A DNA stretch of 64,000 nucleotides from Terriglobia bacterium (GTDB lineage Bacteria > Acidobacteriota > Terriglobia > Acidiferrales > UBA7541). The stretch is taken from assembly GCA_963695545.1 (NCBI GenBank), contig OY968796.1, positions 3,200,001 to 3,264,000 on the forward strand. The letters run 5' to 3'. Of this stretch, positions 20,545-30,112 are shown piece by piece. The translations under genes were made by a program, and so were the position numbers. Within the stretch, counting starts at the first letter, position 1. Every line of letters starts with the position of its first letter. The notes under the pieces were generated by a model that was given only the letters and a program-made list of their open reading frames with translations, ran no database searches and was not told the DNA's origin.

Positions 20545-22164
20545 TTACTTCTTGTCGAGTTCGCCGCGCACGAGGGCGGAGACTACCGGTTTCAAGAAAT
20601 CTTCGTTGATCATGTCCGCGATTTTCGGTTGCAGCTTCTCGAGCACTCGCGCCACCACCGCGTTCACCATTTCATCTGTCGAGGCAGAGGTCGCGAAAGG
20701 CGCCTCGGTCCCCGATACGCTGGCCGCCGGCGCGACGTCCGCGTGCGCAGGTGTGGGCGACTCCGAAGCGAAAGATACCTCTTGAGCATGAGTGGCCGCG
20801 GCCACCGCCTCAGCCGGGATTTTTTGGGTGTCGGCGAGCTCTTGCGCTGGCTGTCCTATCTTTAGCGCTGCAGTCGCGTACCACGCGTCCGATTCGGGGA
20901 GCGAAGCCGCTTTATCGGTAGCGGGCTCGGCAGCTGGATGGCTCACGGACGATTCGATCTCTGCGGCAGCCGCATCAGGCTCGTTCCAAACCGCCGATGC
21001 GGGCGCAAAGGCCGATTCGCCCGACGAACCCAACTCGATCATCGGTGTGACCGGACCCGGCGTCCAATCGGAACCGGCATCGGCTCCGTCTTCGTTCGAC
21101 GGAACAAAATCGGGATCCGCGGCCACCGGCGGGGGCATCAGCCAATCATTCTCATCCGCGGCCGATTCCGGCTTGTATTCTTCGGACGCCGCCGGTTCAG
21201 AAGCCGCGGCAGTCTCCGCCCAGGACTCCGATTGAATTTCAAATTGCGGATCAGTTTCCACGTACGCGGCGGGCTCGGGCTGGGCGGCAGCTTGCGGTTC
21301 GACTACCGCTTCCGCGGGCGCCTCGTCTTCAACTATCGGCGAGTCAAAGTATCCCGGCTTCGGTGCGACAGGTTCAAATTCGTGCCCCAGAGCGTGATCG
21401 TTCTCGCCGGCGTGTTCGTCTTCTTGCGCGCCCTCGGCCGCTTCTTCGGGTTCCGCGGGATGCCAGAACGACGGCTCGCCCAGCGCCGCATCGCGCTGCT
21501 GTGTCATCACCTCAGAGTCTTCAACTTCCGTTTGCGCCGAAGCTTCCATGTGCGGCGGAGCCACCGCCGCAGGCGCGGCGGTTTCAAACGCGTCGCGTCC
21601 CATCGGCGGATAATCGATCTCCGGGGATTCCTCGATGGACGGAAGAGCTTCGATAACGCGCGCGCGTTGAAATACAGGCTGCACCGGCGCCGCATGCACT
21701 TCGGAAGCAACCGCCACCGCAACCGGCTCCAATCGTTCCGGCGCCGATTTTTCCAGCATCGCTTTCACAAGCGCGATCATCGGATCGGGCGGCACGAATG
21801 GTTTCTTCAGCACGCCATCGGCGCCAACGCGCTTGGCTTCGGCTTCGTCCAACGGATCGAACGCGCCGAGCAGCAGAATCACGGGAATGTGCGAGAAGCG
21901 GGTATCGTTCTTGACGTACTCACAGACCTCATAGCCGCTGCGCACCGGCATGAACACGTCGGCCAGTATCAGGTCCGGTTTCAGTTGCGCCATGCTGCGC
22001 ACGGCCGCTTCGCCGTTGCCCACGGCTACGACGTCGATGCCATGATCCTTGAGCGCCAGCGACACCATGCGCTGAATGTTGCTGTTGTCGTCGGCGACCA
22101 GGATCCTGGCCGCGCGTGCGCCGCCTAGGTTTGCAGCAGAGTCGCGATTCGAGAGGATTTCCAC
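20545..22164 (-). CDS. RomR-like response regulator: receiver domain, long acidic Pro/Ala/Glu-rich linker, C-terminal helix
   Basis: ILVADD…ADVFMP…GYEVC…KKPF receiver; about 350 aa low-complexity linker; C-terminus EMVNAVVARVLEKLQPKIADMINEDFLKPVVSALVRGELDKK. Confidence 0.8.
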   Translation of the reverse strand: MEILSNRDSAANLGGARAARILVADDNSNIQRMVSLALKDHGIDVVAVGNGEAAVRSMAQLKPDLILADVFMPVRSGYEVCEYVKNDTRFSHIPVILLLGAFDPLDEAEAKRVGADGVLKKPFVPPDPMIALVKAMLEKSAPERLEPVAVAVASEVHAAPVQPVFQRARVIEALPSIEESPEIDYPPMGRDAFETAAPAAVAPPHMEASAQTEVEDSEVMTQQRDAALGEPSFWHPAEPEEAAEGAQEDEHAGENDHALGHEFEPVAPKPGYFDSPIVEDEAPAEAVVEPQAAAQPEPAAYVETDPQFEIQSESWAETAAASEPAASEEYKPESAADENDWLMPPPVAADPDFVPSNEDGADAGSDWTPGPVTPMIELGSSGESAFAPASAVWNEPDAAAAEIESSVSHPAAEPATDKAASLPESDAWYATAALKIGQPAQELADTQKIPAEAVAAATHAQEVSFASESPTPAHADVAPAASVSGTEAPFATSASTDEMVNAVVARVLEKLQPKIADMINEDFLKPVVSALVRGELDKK

Positions 22165-22297
22165 GTTAGTCTCGCACTGGTCCTTCCACCCATAGGTAGC
22201 ATCCGCGACTGGGGGGCGTCAACACGAACTCGGCGGTCTTGTGCCCGACTATAACATTGAGAGGCTGTCCGCACGCGGTTTGGGCCCGCAGCGAGGG

Positions 22298-23755
22298 TCA
22301 GAAGGGGAAGTGTTTCTTCTTTTTCTTGCTCGACGACTCGTTTTTCGAGTTCGAGGTCTCGGTTGCTGGCTGGCATGAGCTGGAAGATGTCCCGCTCGCC
22401 GTGTCGCTGGCCGCCGGAGTGGTCTGCGTCGAGGCTGCCGCCACCGTCGCACCCGGCGGGCAGGTAGCCGTGGAGCCTGGGGTAGCCGAGGTCGCCGCCT
22501 GTGTGCTCGTGGAAGTCGTCGAGCCCTGTACTGTGTTTCCAACGCTCCCCGAAGCTGTCCCCCCGACGGTCGCTCCTCCAGTCTCGTCGGCAGCGCCCGG
22601 AGCGGTCTGCGTTGGCGAATCGGGGCCGTTCGATCCAACGGGCGCGTCGCCGGTCGCGCCGGTCGGCGTCGCCTCGGGCGACGACGCCGGACGCGCGCTC
22701 GAGGTGCCTGGCGTGACGGTCTCGACCACCGCGGTCGTGCCCGCCCCGCCTCCGCCCGTTCCACCAGTCGACATGGCGCCCGGCGTCAGCGACTCGCCCG
22801 CCTCATCCGGCGGTTCAAGGTTGGGCATTCCAGTGTGCGCCGCCATCGCCACGTCCGGACCGTTTTTCAACATCCCCAGGGGCTTCGTCAATATATTCGA
22901 GCGCGGCCGCGGAGTGTTTGCTTCTGCCTGCATGCGCGCCATGGCTCCCGGATCGGGCTGCGGAACGGGCGCGCCGAGCGCCACCAGTCTGTTCTTGGCG
23001 TCACCCGCCATCGAAGAAAGCGGATAATTCCTCACGATGTTCGCGTAATAATTCGCGGCGATTTCCTTCTTCTCGCTCTTTTCGTAAATCTGTCCCAGCA
23101 TCCAATTGGCTTGATCCGCCCGGCTATAAAGCGGATAGCGCTGCACCAGTTCGATCAGGCGCCCCGCCGAAGCGCGGTACGACCCACGCATGTAATAGAA
23201 GCGCGCGATCCGGAAATCGCCCTCCGCCAGAACCTCCTGCACCTCGCGCAAGCGCTGCTCAGCTTGTGGCTCGAGCTTGCTGTTGGGATATTTCTGGATG
23301 AAGGTCTGAAATTCGGCTTCCGCATTCACCGCCTCGGACGAATCCCGGTCGGGCTTGACCATCATGCGGTAATACGTCATTCCCACCTGCATCTGCGCGT
23401 ACGCAGCCTCGTCGAGAAAGGGGAAGAACGTGATGAAATCTTTGTATTCGGCGATGGCCTGGGTGAGCCCCGACGTCCCGCCTTCCTTGAAATACGAATC
23501 GGCGATTGCGAGCTTGGCCTTGGCCAGATATTCGCTGTCGGGATAAGTGTTCTCCAGCGTTTGCAGCGAGAGCCGCGCCACGTCGAAGCGCCCGTGTTTG
23601 ATGTCGTCGAGCGCGCGGTTGTACAGCACGCTGTCCGGTGCCGCGCTGGTCGCCATAGGCGCGGCCGCCGTGGTTTTCTTTCCGAAGCAGCCGCTTCCGC
23701 CAACGCAAGCGATCAGCGCGCATGCCAGTGTCGTCTTGTGGAATTTTCGGAACAT
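22298..23755 (-). CDS. bamD: Outer membrane protein assembly factor BamD with a long low-complexity C-terminal tail
   Basis: Lipoprotein-like N-terminus (GSGC), TPR-like motifs YPDSEY, KAKLAIADSYF, EYKDFITFFP, YPNSKL, LAEGDFRIARFY. Confidence 0.85.
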   Translation of the reverse strand: MFRKFHKTTLACALIACVGGSGCFGKKTTAAAPMATSAAPDSVLYNRALDDIKHGRFDVARLSLQTLENTYPDSEYLAKAKLAIADSYFKEGGTSGLTQAIAEYKDFITFFPFLDEAAYAQMQVGMTYYRMMVKPDRDSSEAVNAEAEFQTFIQKYPNSKLEPQAEQRLREVQEVLAEGDFRIARFYYMRGSYRASAGRLIELVQRYPLYSRADQANWMLGQIYEKSEKKEIAANYYANIVRNYPLSSMAGDAKNRLVALGAPVPQPDPGAMARMQAEANTPRPRSNILTKPLGMLKNGPDVAMAAHTGMPNLEPPDEAGESLTPGAMSTGGTGGGGAGTTAVVETVTPGTSSARPASSPEATPTGATGDAPVGSNGPDSPTQTAPGAADETGGATVGGTASGSVGNTVQGSTTSTSTQAATSATPGSTATCPPGATVAAASTQTTPAASDTASGTSSSSCQPATETSNSKNESSSKKKKKHFPF

Positions 23756-23801
23756 ATTTGGAATCCGCCCCCGAATAACAGTTTCTATGGTTTGCCGTTC
23801 T

Positions 23802-24536
23802 TCATACTTTCGAAGCGCCGCGCTCCGCGCGTACCGGTTGCGCGAGTGCTTCCGTGGCGGCCTGTTTCAGCGAATGGACCGCGGCGGCGGGGTCCGCGGT
23901 GTGGAAGATGGATGTGCCGGCCACCAGTATTTGTGCCCCGGCGCGCACAATCTGCGCGACGTTCCCCAGATCGATTCCCCCATCCACTTCGATCCGGAAG
24001 TTTGCATTGTACCGCTCTCGCATCTTTCGCAGCTTCTGAATTTTCTCCAGCGTGTTCGGAATGAATGACTGCCCGCCAAATCCCGGATTCACCGACATCA
24101 CCAAAACATGATCCACTCGATCCAGCACTTCCGAGAGCATTTCGACCGGCGTCCCCGGGTTGATCACCGCGCCCGCGCCGCGCCCGCGTTCACGAATCAT
24201 TTCCAGCGCGCGATCCAGGTGCGGCGTGGCTTCCTGGTGCACCGAGATCATGTCCGCCCCGGCCTCCACGAAAGCCTCGATAAATTCCTCGGGATTCTCG
24301 ATCATCAGATGCACGTCGAGTGGCAGGCGGGTTGCCTTGCGCAAGGAAGCCACCACCGGCACGCCGACCGTAATGTTCGGCACAAAGTGCCCGTCCATCA
24401 CGTCCACATGGATAATGTCGGCGCCGCCGCGCTCTACCGCGCGAATGGCTTCTTCGAGAGACGCGAAATTCGCTGCCAGAATGGACGGAGCGATGGCTAC
24501 AGCGGGATGCACAGTATCGTCAATCTCCATGCGCAT
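23802..24536 (-). CDS. rpe: Ribulose-phosphate 3-epimerase
   Basis: IAPSILAANF, HVDVMDGHFVPNIT, DVHLMI, MSVNPGFGGQ, EVDGG. Confidence 0.97.
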   Translation of the reverse strand: MRMEIDDTVHPAVAIAPSILAANFASLEEAIRAVERGGADIIHVDVMDGHFVPNITVGVPVVASLRKATRLPLDVHLMIENPEEFIEAFVEAGADMISVHQEATPHLDRALEMIRERGRGAGAVINPGTPVEMLSEVLDRVDHVLVMSVNPGFGGQSFIPNTLEKIQKLRKMRERYNANFRIEVDGGIDLGNVAQIVRAGAQILVAGTSIFHTADPAAAVHSLKQAATEALAQPVRAERGASKV

Positions 24537-24567
24537 CTTAGCACAGGCAGCGGGAGGTTTGTCTTAC

Positions 24568-24590
24568 GTAGCGGAGGCTTCGAGGCCTCC
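24568..24590 (+). repeat. REP-like palindrome, copy 1
   Basis: GTAGCGGAGGCTTCGAGGCCTCC, intergenic; near-identical to 28667-28689 and 45684-45706. Confidence 0.8.
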
Positions 24591-24607
24591 GTCTTGGCAG
24601 TAAGGGC

Positions 24608-25336
24608 TTAAGGCGCCACGTCCAAATCAATCAGCATGTCCGCCGAAACACGCGCCCCCGCCGCCGGCGTCTCCGCCACCACCGTGCCCTTCAACGCCGA
24701 AGAAACCGTGAGCACATTCACCTGTCCGATTCTCAATCCGGCATCCGCAATCTCGCGGCTCGCGTCGGTCTCCGAAAGTCCCACGAACGACGGCATCACG
24801 TAAGCCACCGGCCGGTCGCCCTCAGACACCAGCACATCCACGCGCGGCGAAACCGCCTTCATCCCCGATCCAGGATCCTGCTCCACAATCGAGTCCGGCG
24901 TCATCCCCGGCAAATAGCTCGTCGAAATTTCTCCGGGCTGCAGGCCCGATCGCAGCAGCTCAATCTCCGCCGCGCGCAAACTTTCATCCGTCAGTTGCGG
25001 AATCGAAATCGTATTCGCGCCCAAACTCAGCACCACGTGCGCGTCCTGCCCCACCTTCATCATCTCTCCCGCCGGCGGACTCTGCCGCACGACGTCTCCC
25101 ACAGGCAGGCCGCTGAACACGCGATCGGAAACTCTGATCTCGAGCTTGCTCGTAGAAAGCAATTTTGTCGCTTGCGCCGTGCTCTTGCCCACCAAATCCG
25201 GCATCGCCACTTCGCTACCGCGAATCGCGAACCGTATCGCCGTAACCGCGCTCAAAAACGCCGCCGCCGCCAAAATAAACACCATCAGCGCCGTCCGAAA
25301 CGCCCACTCCAACCGTTCACGAAACGTCTTCGCCAA
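24608..25336 (-). CDS. PASTA domain-containing membrane-anchored protein
   Basis: One TM helix then three PASTA-like units (MPDLVGKS, IPQLTDES, MPSFVGLS). Confidence 0.88.
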   Translation of the reverse strand: MAKTFRERLEWAFRTALMVFILAAAAFLSAVTAIRFAIRGSEVAMPDLVGKSTAQATKLLSTSKLEIRVSDRVFSGLPVGDVVRQSPPAGEMMKVGQDAHVVLSLGANTISIPQLTDESLRAAEIELLRSGLQPGEISTSYLPGMTPDSIVEQDPGSGMKAVSPRVDVLVSEGDRPVAYVMPSFVGLSETDASREIADAGLRIGQVNVLTVSSALKGTVVAETPAAGARVSADMLIDLDVAP

Positions 25337-26645
25337 GCGCGGTTTCCCCTATCTCCAAGTTTCTCACAATCTCGATCGCCACATGCGTCTTACACGGCGC
25401 CGATTCGCGCGTCGCGATCATCGCGGAAACTCCCACAATCAACGCCGCCATCCAATACCATGCCGGCGCCATGGGGCTTCCAGTTTCCCGAATCAGCCAC
25501 GTCACCATATATTGCGTGCTGCCGCCAAACGTCGCGATGGACACCGCGTAAATCACCCCGACACCGCCCGAACGAATCGCCGGAGGCAAAGATTCGGTCA
25601 TCCACACAATAATCGGGCTTACCCACACCGAAGACGCAATCGACAGCACCGCGGTCGCCCCTAACAGTGTGGCCGACGTGCGGTAGTGCGAGATCACATA
25701 GAATGCCGGAAGCACAGTCGCGAGCAGCAGCGCGGCGCCCACCATCATCACCGGTTTGCGCCCGATCCGGTCGGACCACGCGCCGCTCACCAAATCGAAG
25801 CAAACTCCGCACAGGCCCACTACGATCGTCGCCGCAAACGCGACGTTCGCGTGCATGTGCAACGTCGCGATCGCGTACGTCGTCATGTAGGACCTGATGT
25901 AGGTGCCGACGGTTGCCGCGGCGAGCATCATCAATCCGAGCACCGCGATTCGCGCGTGCGGCCGCAGCGCAACGCGTTCGCGTTTGCCGGCTTCCGCCGC
26001 GTGAAACGTTTCCGGCAAGCTCCGCCGCATCACCAGGCCAAACGGCACAATCGCCGCGCCCGCCAGAAACGCGATGCGCCATCCGAAACTTTGCAATTGC
26101 CGCTCGTTAAGCAAATTCGCAAGCGCAAAACCGACGAGCCCCGACGTCAGCACGGCCAGACTCTGACTCCAGCCCTGAAACGCCGTATAAAATCCTCGAC
26201 GATCGAGCGGCGCCGCTTCCAATAGAAATGCCGTCGACGGTCCCACCTCGCCGCCCAGCGCAAATCCCTGCAACATCCGAAAGAAAATCACGAGCACGGG
26301 CGCTGCGACTCCGATCATCGAATGTGGCGGCGTCAGCGCAACCCCCACGATCGCCACGCCCATCAGCGAAAAGCACAGCAGCATCGCCGGCTTGCGCCCA
26401 AGGCGATCGCCCATCCTCCCGATCACCAGGCCGCCAATAGGCCTCGTGACGAACCCCACCCCAAACGTCGCAAGCGACGCGAGCAAACTTGCTGTCGGCG
26501 AGTTGGAAGGAAAGAAAGCTCTGCCGATATACACCGCGAAAAACGCGTAGGTCAAAAAATCATAGAACTCGAGCGCATTCCCGGCCACTACGGCCGCGAC
26601 GTAGCGCGCCGGAATCGATCCCCGCGTCTCCGTCAGCGCTGCCAT
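25317..26645 (-). CDS. MFS transporter, metabolite:H+ symporter (CitA/ProP-like)
   Basis: GNALEFYDF, RPIGG…GDRLGRK, RMLQGFALGGEVG, SDRIGRK; about 12 TM segments. Confidence 0.93.
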   Translation of the reverse strand: MAALTETRGSIPARYVAAVVAGNALEFYDFLTYAFFAVYIGRAFFPSNSPTASLLASLATFGVGFVTRPIGGLVIGRMGDRLGRKPAMLLCFSLMGVAIVGVALTPPHSMIGVAAPVLVIFFRMLQGFALGGEVGPSTAFLLEAAPLDRRGFYTAFQGWSQSLAVLTSGLVGFALANLLNERQLQSFGWRIAFLAGAAIVPFGLVMRRSLPETFHAAEAGKRERVALRPHARIAVLGLMMLAAATVGTYIRSYMTTYAIATLHMHANVAFAATIVVGLCGVCFDLVSGAWSDRIGRKPVMMVGAALLLATVLPAFYVISHYRTSATLLGATAVLSIASSVWVSPIIVWMTESLPPAIRSGGVGVIYAVSIATFGGSTQYMVTWLIRETGSPMAPAWYWMAALIVGVSAMIATRESAPCKTHVAIEIVRNLEIGETALGEDVS

Positions 26646-26904
26646 CGGTTGGCTCCTCGGTTCGCGTTCGCCCGGTGTGAGTGCATTAGAGCATACGTAC
26701 TGGGTTTAAGCGCGACCCTGTGCAACTGGATCACGCCTCCGAAATCAATTCGGAACACCGTCCATCAGTTTTCCCACAACTCGCTCAAAATCCGTTAACG
26801 CCAAGGAACACGCTCGGCGGGTCATTTGTCGATCAGCGCGCTAATCGTCAATCGAGCCCGGGCGGTTGTAATTCAACGAAAGTTCATGTAGTGAGGGCAA
26901 TAGG

Positions 26905-27168
26905 ATGCGTGATCGGCTCATCATTCTTGCGTTTCTGACGGGTGCGCTGTTCGGCCTGACCCACGGCGTTCTCATGCTGTCTTCTCCTTCGAGACACAGG
27001 TGGTTCAGTTACTGGCTGGGCCACCGCTTTCAACGGCCCAATTTCACTTTCGACAATGATGCACATCATAGAGGCTGGGATATCGAATACCGCCTAGTGG
27101 GATTATTTATTGTAGCTGGCTGCGGTTTCTACCTCTGGGTGGGGCTTCGTAAGCTACTCATGCCGTAA
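26905..27168 (+). CDS. Small hypothetical membrane protein
   Basis: 87 aa with two hydrophobic segments, in a lower-GC gap between rsmB and the MFS gene; no recognised family. Confidence 0.5.
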   Translation: MRDRLIILAFLTGALFGLTHGVLMLSSPSRHRWFSYWLGHRFQRPNFTFDNDAHHRGWDIEYRLVGLFIVAGCGFYLWVGLRKLLMP

Positions 27169-27214
27169 CGTGGCACGCTGGTGGCGGCGGATACGATCGT
27201 GAAGCGGGATGGCT

Positions 27215-28666
27215 CTATATGCGTTCGATCAGCGCCGCATAGAACCCATCCGTTTGCGTCGCGGCCGGAGACGTTCTCAGCGAGCCGTCCGTTCCCGCGC
27301 TCGCTTCGGCCGAAACGCCATCGGCCAGTAACGGGGCGATCACCGCCCCCGCGTCCCGCATCCGAAACCCCGCGCACTCATCGAGCGCTTCCTTCACAAC
27401 CTGCTCGTTCTCCTCCGCCTCCATCGAGCACGTCGAATAAACCAATCGCCCGCCCGGCGCGAGCAGCGGCAGCGCGTTCCGCAGCAAGCGCACTTGCTTG
27501 GCGTGCAGTTCGGCGAAATCGCCCGGCTTCAATCGCCAGCGAATCTCCGGATGCCGCGCGAGCGTCCCCGTGCCCGAGCACGGCGCGTCCACCAAAATGC
27601 GCCGGAATGTTTGCGCGAACGGCAGCGGCTCCGTGCCATCCAGCACTACGCTGCGAACATGCGCAACTCCGATGCGCTTCATCTGCGCCTCGAGCGTGCG
27701 CAATCGCCGCGCGTGAAGATCGCACGCCACAACGCTGCCGTACGGGCCCGTGGCCGTCGCAAGCAATGCCGTCTTCCCGCCCGGTGCCGCGCACAGATCG
27801 AGCACCGAATCTCCCGGCTGCACGCCCACCAGCGCCGCCACAGCCTGTGACGCTTCATCGAGCAGCACAATTTCCCCGCGCTCAAACGCATGCGTGTGGG
27901 ATGGGCTGCCTCCCGAAAGTGAAATCGCGTCGCGCAGCAATCGCCCGGCTCGCACTTCCAGGCCAGCCTTCTCAAGCGACCGCGCAACATCATCTCGCCG
28001 CGCCGGATCGAGCACCGCCCCGGAAATTCGCGGCGCGCGATTATCCGCTTCGAGCAGCGCCACAGTTTGCTCAGCGCCATACGCCCCGAGCCAGCGCTCC
28101 ACCAACCAAGTCGGATGCGAATGCAAAATTCCCAGCCGTTCCGCAATCGCCAAATCGGCCGGCACAAGCGCGTCGATCGTCACGCCGCGCGCCGCTTCCT
28201 CCGCCGCGCGCCGCAGCACCGCATTCACCAGCGTCGTGGCCGATTTTTTCCTCCCGCGCTTCACCAACTCCACCGATTCGCTCACCGCCGCCCGCGCCGG
28301 CACGCGCCCCAGAAATCGCAATTGATAAACGCCGAGCCGCAGCGAAATCAGAACCTCCGCATCGAGTCGTCCGATAGCAGTTGAACCGCGCGAAGTGTCT
28401 TTCGTGGAAGCCGGTTTGCTCGCTGCGGATTGCTTTGAAGAAAGAAGTCGCTCGATCACCCAGTCGAGCGTCCGTTGCCGTCGCAGCGTCCCCAGCGTCA
28501 ATTCCGTAGCCAGCGCCGCGTCTGGCGGCGAAATGTTCTGTTTCAATTGCTCGTGCAGCAATTCGTCCGAATATCCGCCCGCCCGCTCGACGCGCAGCAG
28601 CACGTCGAACGCAATCCTCCGCGCCACGCTCGCTTCGGTTCTCGTGCGATTTGCGATGGCATTCAT
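27215..28666 (-). CDS. rsmB: 16S rRNA m5C967 methyltransferase (Sun/RsmB)
   Basis: NusB-like N-terminus (LRLGVYQL, VNAVLR), SHPTW, LDLCAAPGGKT, LVDAPCSGTG, LVYSTCS. Confidence 0.93.
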   Translation of the reverse strand: MNAIANRTRTEASVARRIAFDVLLRVERAGGYSDELLHEQLKQNISPPDAALATELTLGTLRRQRTLDWVIERLLSSKQSAASKPASTKDTSRGSTAIGRLDAEVLISLRLGVYQLRFLGRVPARAAVSESVELVKRGRKKSATTLVNAVLRRAAEEAARGVTIDALVPADLAIAERLGILHSHPTWLVERWLGAYGAEQTVALLEADNRAPRISGAVLDPARRDDVARSLEKAGLEVRAGRLLRDAISLSGGSPSHTHAFERGEIVLLDEASQAVAALVGVQPGDSVLDLCAAPGGKTALLATATGPYGSVVACDLHARRLRTLEAQMKRIGVAHVRSVVLDGTEPLPFAQTFRRILVDAPCSGTGTLARHPEIRWRLKPGDFAELHAKQVRLLRNALPLLAPGGRLVYSTCSMEAEENEQVVKEALDECAGFRMRDAGAVIAPLLADGVSAEASAGTDGSLRTSPAATQTDGFYAALIERI

Positions 28667-28689
28667 GTGGCGGAGGCCCTCAGGCCTCC
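28667..28689 (+). repeat. REP-like palindrome, copy 2
   Basis: GTGGCGGAGGCCCTCAGGCCTCC immediately upstream of the rsmB ORF start. Confidence 0.8.
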
Positions 28690-28723
28690 ACGTTGGTTCA
28701 TTGTGGTCTCACGAGACGCCGAG

Positions 28724-29113
28724 TTAGGTGCCGATTTCCATTTGAAGTCTTAGTTCTTTTCCTCGCTCGCGGTCGACCTTCACACGAACGCGGAGTGGAT
28801 TGAACCCGTCCACTCTGAGTTGGAGATAATAAATATCGCGTCCCGTTTTTGGCGCCAATGTGAATGCGCCGGCGGCGTCGGTCCTGGTTGATCGAAGCGA
28901 TTTCTTCCAGTCCGAACTAAATTCCTCGATCAAAACGCCCGGCAACGCATCGCCCGCGGTGTCCTGTACCACCCCTGCCAAAGAGCGCGCCACTTGGACG
29001 TGTCCAACCACAACAGTTTCCACGCCCTGAGCGCCAAGATGGGTGGGTAACACAAACAGAAAACTAGCGATCAGCACATTTCGGATCCACGCTCCGATGC
29101 GAACTTGGTTCAC
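28724..29113 (-). CDS. Small secreted protein with carboxypeptidase-regulatory-like beta-sandwich domain
   Basis: GTG 29113 overlaps the fmt stop; signal peptide (…HLGAQ); LAGVVQDTAGDALPGV…TRTDAAGAF…GFNP. Confidence 0.7.
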   Translation of the reverse strand: MNQVRIGAWIRNVLIASFLFVLPTHLGAQGVETVVVGHVQVARSLAGVVQDTAGDALPGVLIEEFSSDWKKSLRSTRTDAAGAFTLAPKTGRDIYYLQLRVDGFNPLRVRVKVDRERGKELRLQMEIGT

Positions 29114-30054
29114 GGGTTTCCAAACCGTTCGCCCTGCACAAGATGTATCCCGTTCGCGAAATCGAGCGCCGCGATGCGCTTGCGCCCCTCCGCTTGCACG
29201 CCTTGAATCTCGAGGATCGTTCCTCGCCCGCACATCACGTATATCGCGCTTGAAGACGCCACGATTTCTCCGGTCACTTCCGTAGAAACCGCCACCGCGT
29301 CTGGCGCCTCTCGTCCCCAAATTTGCCACGTCTGCCCGCGCAGAGTCGTGTACGCCCCCGGCCACGGTGTAAACCCCCTGATGCGGTTATTAATTTGCCC
29401 CGCCGTTCGGTTCCAATCAATTCGCCCATCCTCTTTTTTCAACATCGGCGCAAACGTGGCCCGCGCCGAATCCTGTGCCTGCGCAGGGCAATTTCCGGCT
29501 TCAACCATTCGCAGCGCTTCAAGAACCAGCGGCGCCCCCGCCACCGCCATCCGCGCCGAAAGTTCCGGAGCGGTTTCATCCACGCCGATAGGAATTTCCT
29601 TCTGCAACACGATCGGCCCCGTATCCATCCCTGCATCAATCTGCATTGTGGTCAGTCCGGTCGTGGTCTCGCCGTTCGCGATCGCCCACGCAATCGGCGC
29701 CGCGCCGCGATATTTCGGCAGCAGCGAGGCGTGCAGATTGATCCATCCGAATCGCGGAAGCGGAAGCAGTCGCGCCGGAATAATATGACCGTAGGCGATA
29801 ATTACGATCACGTCCGGCGCAGTCTCGCGCAGAAAGTCCGTAGCTGATTCCGATTTGATCGATTCCGGTTGATAAACGTGCAGGTCGAGTTGAATCGCGG
29901 CTTCCTTCACCGGCCCTGCGGCGACTTTCTGCCCCCGCCCGCGCGGGCGGTCCGGCTGCGTGATCACGCCTTCGATCGAAAACCCAGGTTCCTCCGCGAG
30001 CCGCTGCAGGGAGGGTACGGCGAATTCAGGCGTGCCGCAGAAGACGATACGCAT
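29110..30054 (-). CDS. fmt: Methionyl-tRNA formyltransferase
   Basis: IVFCGTPEFA, TQPDRPRGRG, INLHASLLPKYRGAAPI, MDTG, PWPG. Confidence 0.97.
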   Translation of the reverse strand: MRIVFCGTPEFAVPSLQRLAEEPGFSIEGVITQPDRPRGRGQKVAAGPVKEAAIQLDLHVYQPESIKSESATDFLRETAPDVIVIIAYGHIIPARLLPLPRFGWINLHASLLPKYRGAAPIAWAIANGETTTGLTTMQIDAGMDTGPIVLQKEIPIGVDETAPELSARMAVAGAPLVLEALRMVEAGNCPAQAQDSARATFAPMLKKEDGRIDWNRTAGQINNRIRGFTPWPGAYTTLRGQTWQIWGREAPDAVAVSTEVTGEIVASSSAIYVMCGRGTILEIQGVQAEGRKRIAALDFANGIHLVQGERFGNP

Positions 30055-30112
30055 AATTGTTTTCGCGCGCTCCTCGCGGGCTAGTCGCGCAGATCCCGCG
30101 GCAATCCGCGGA

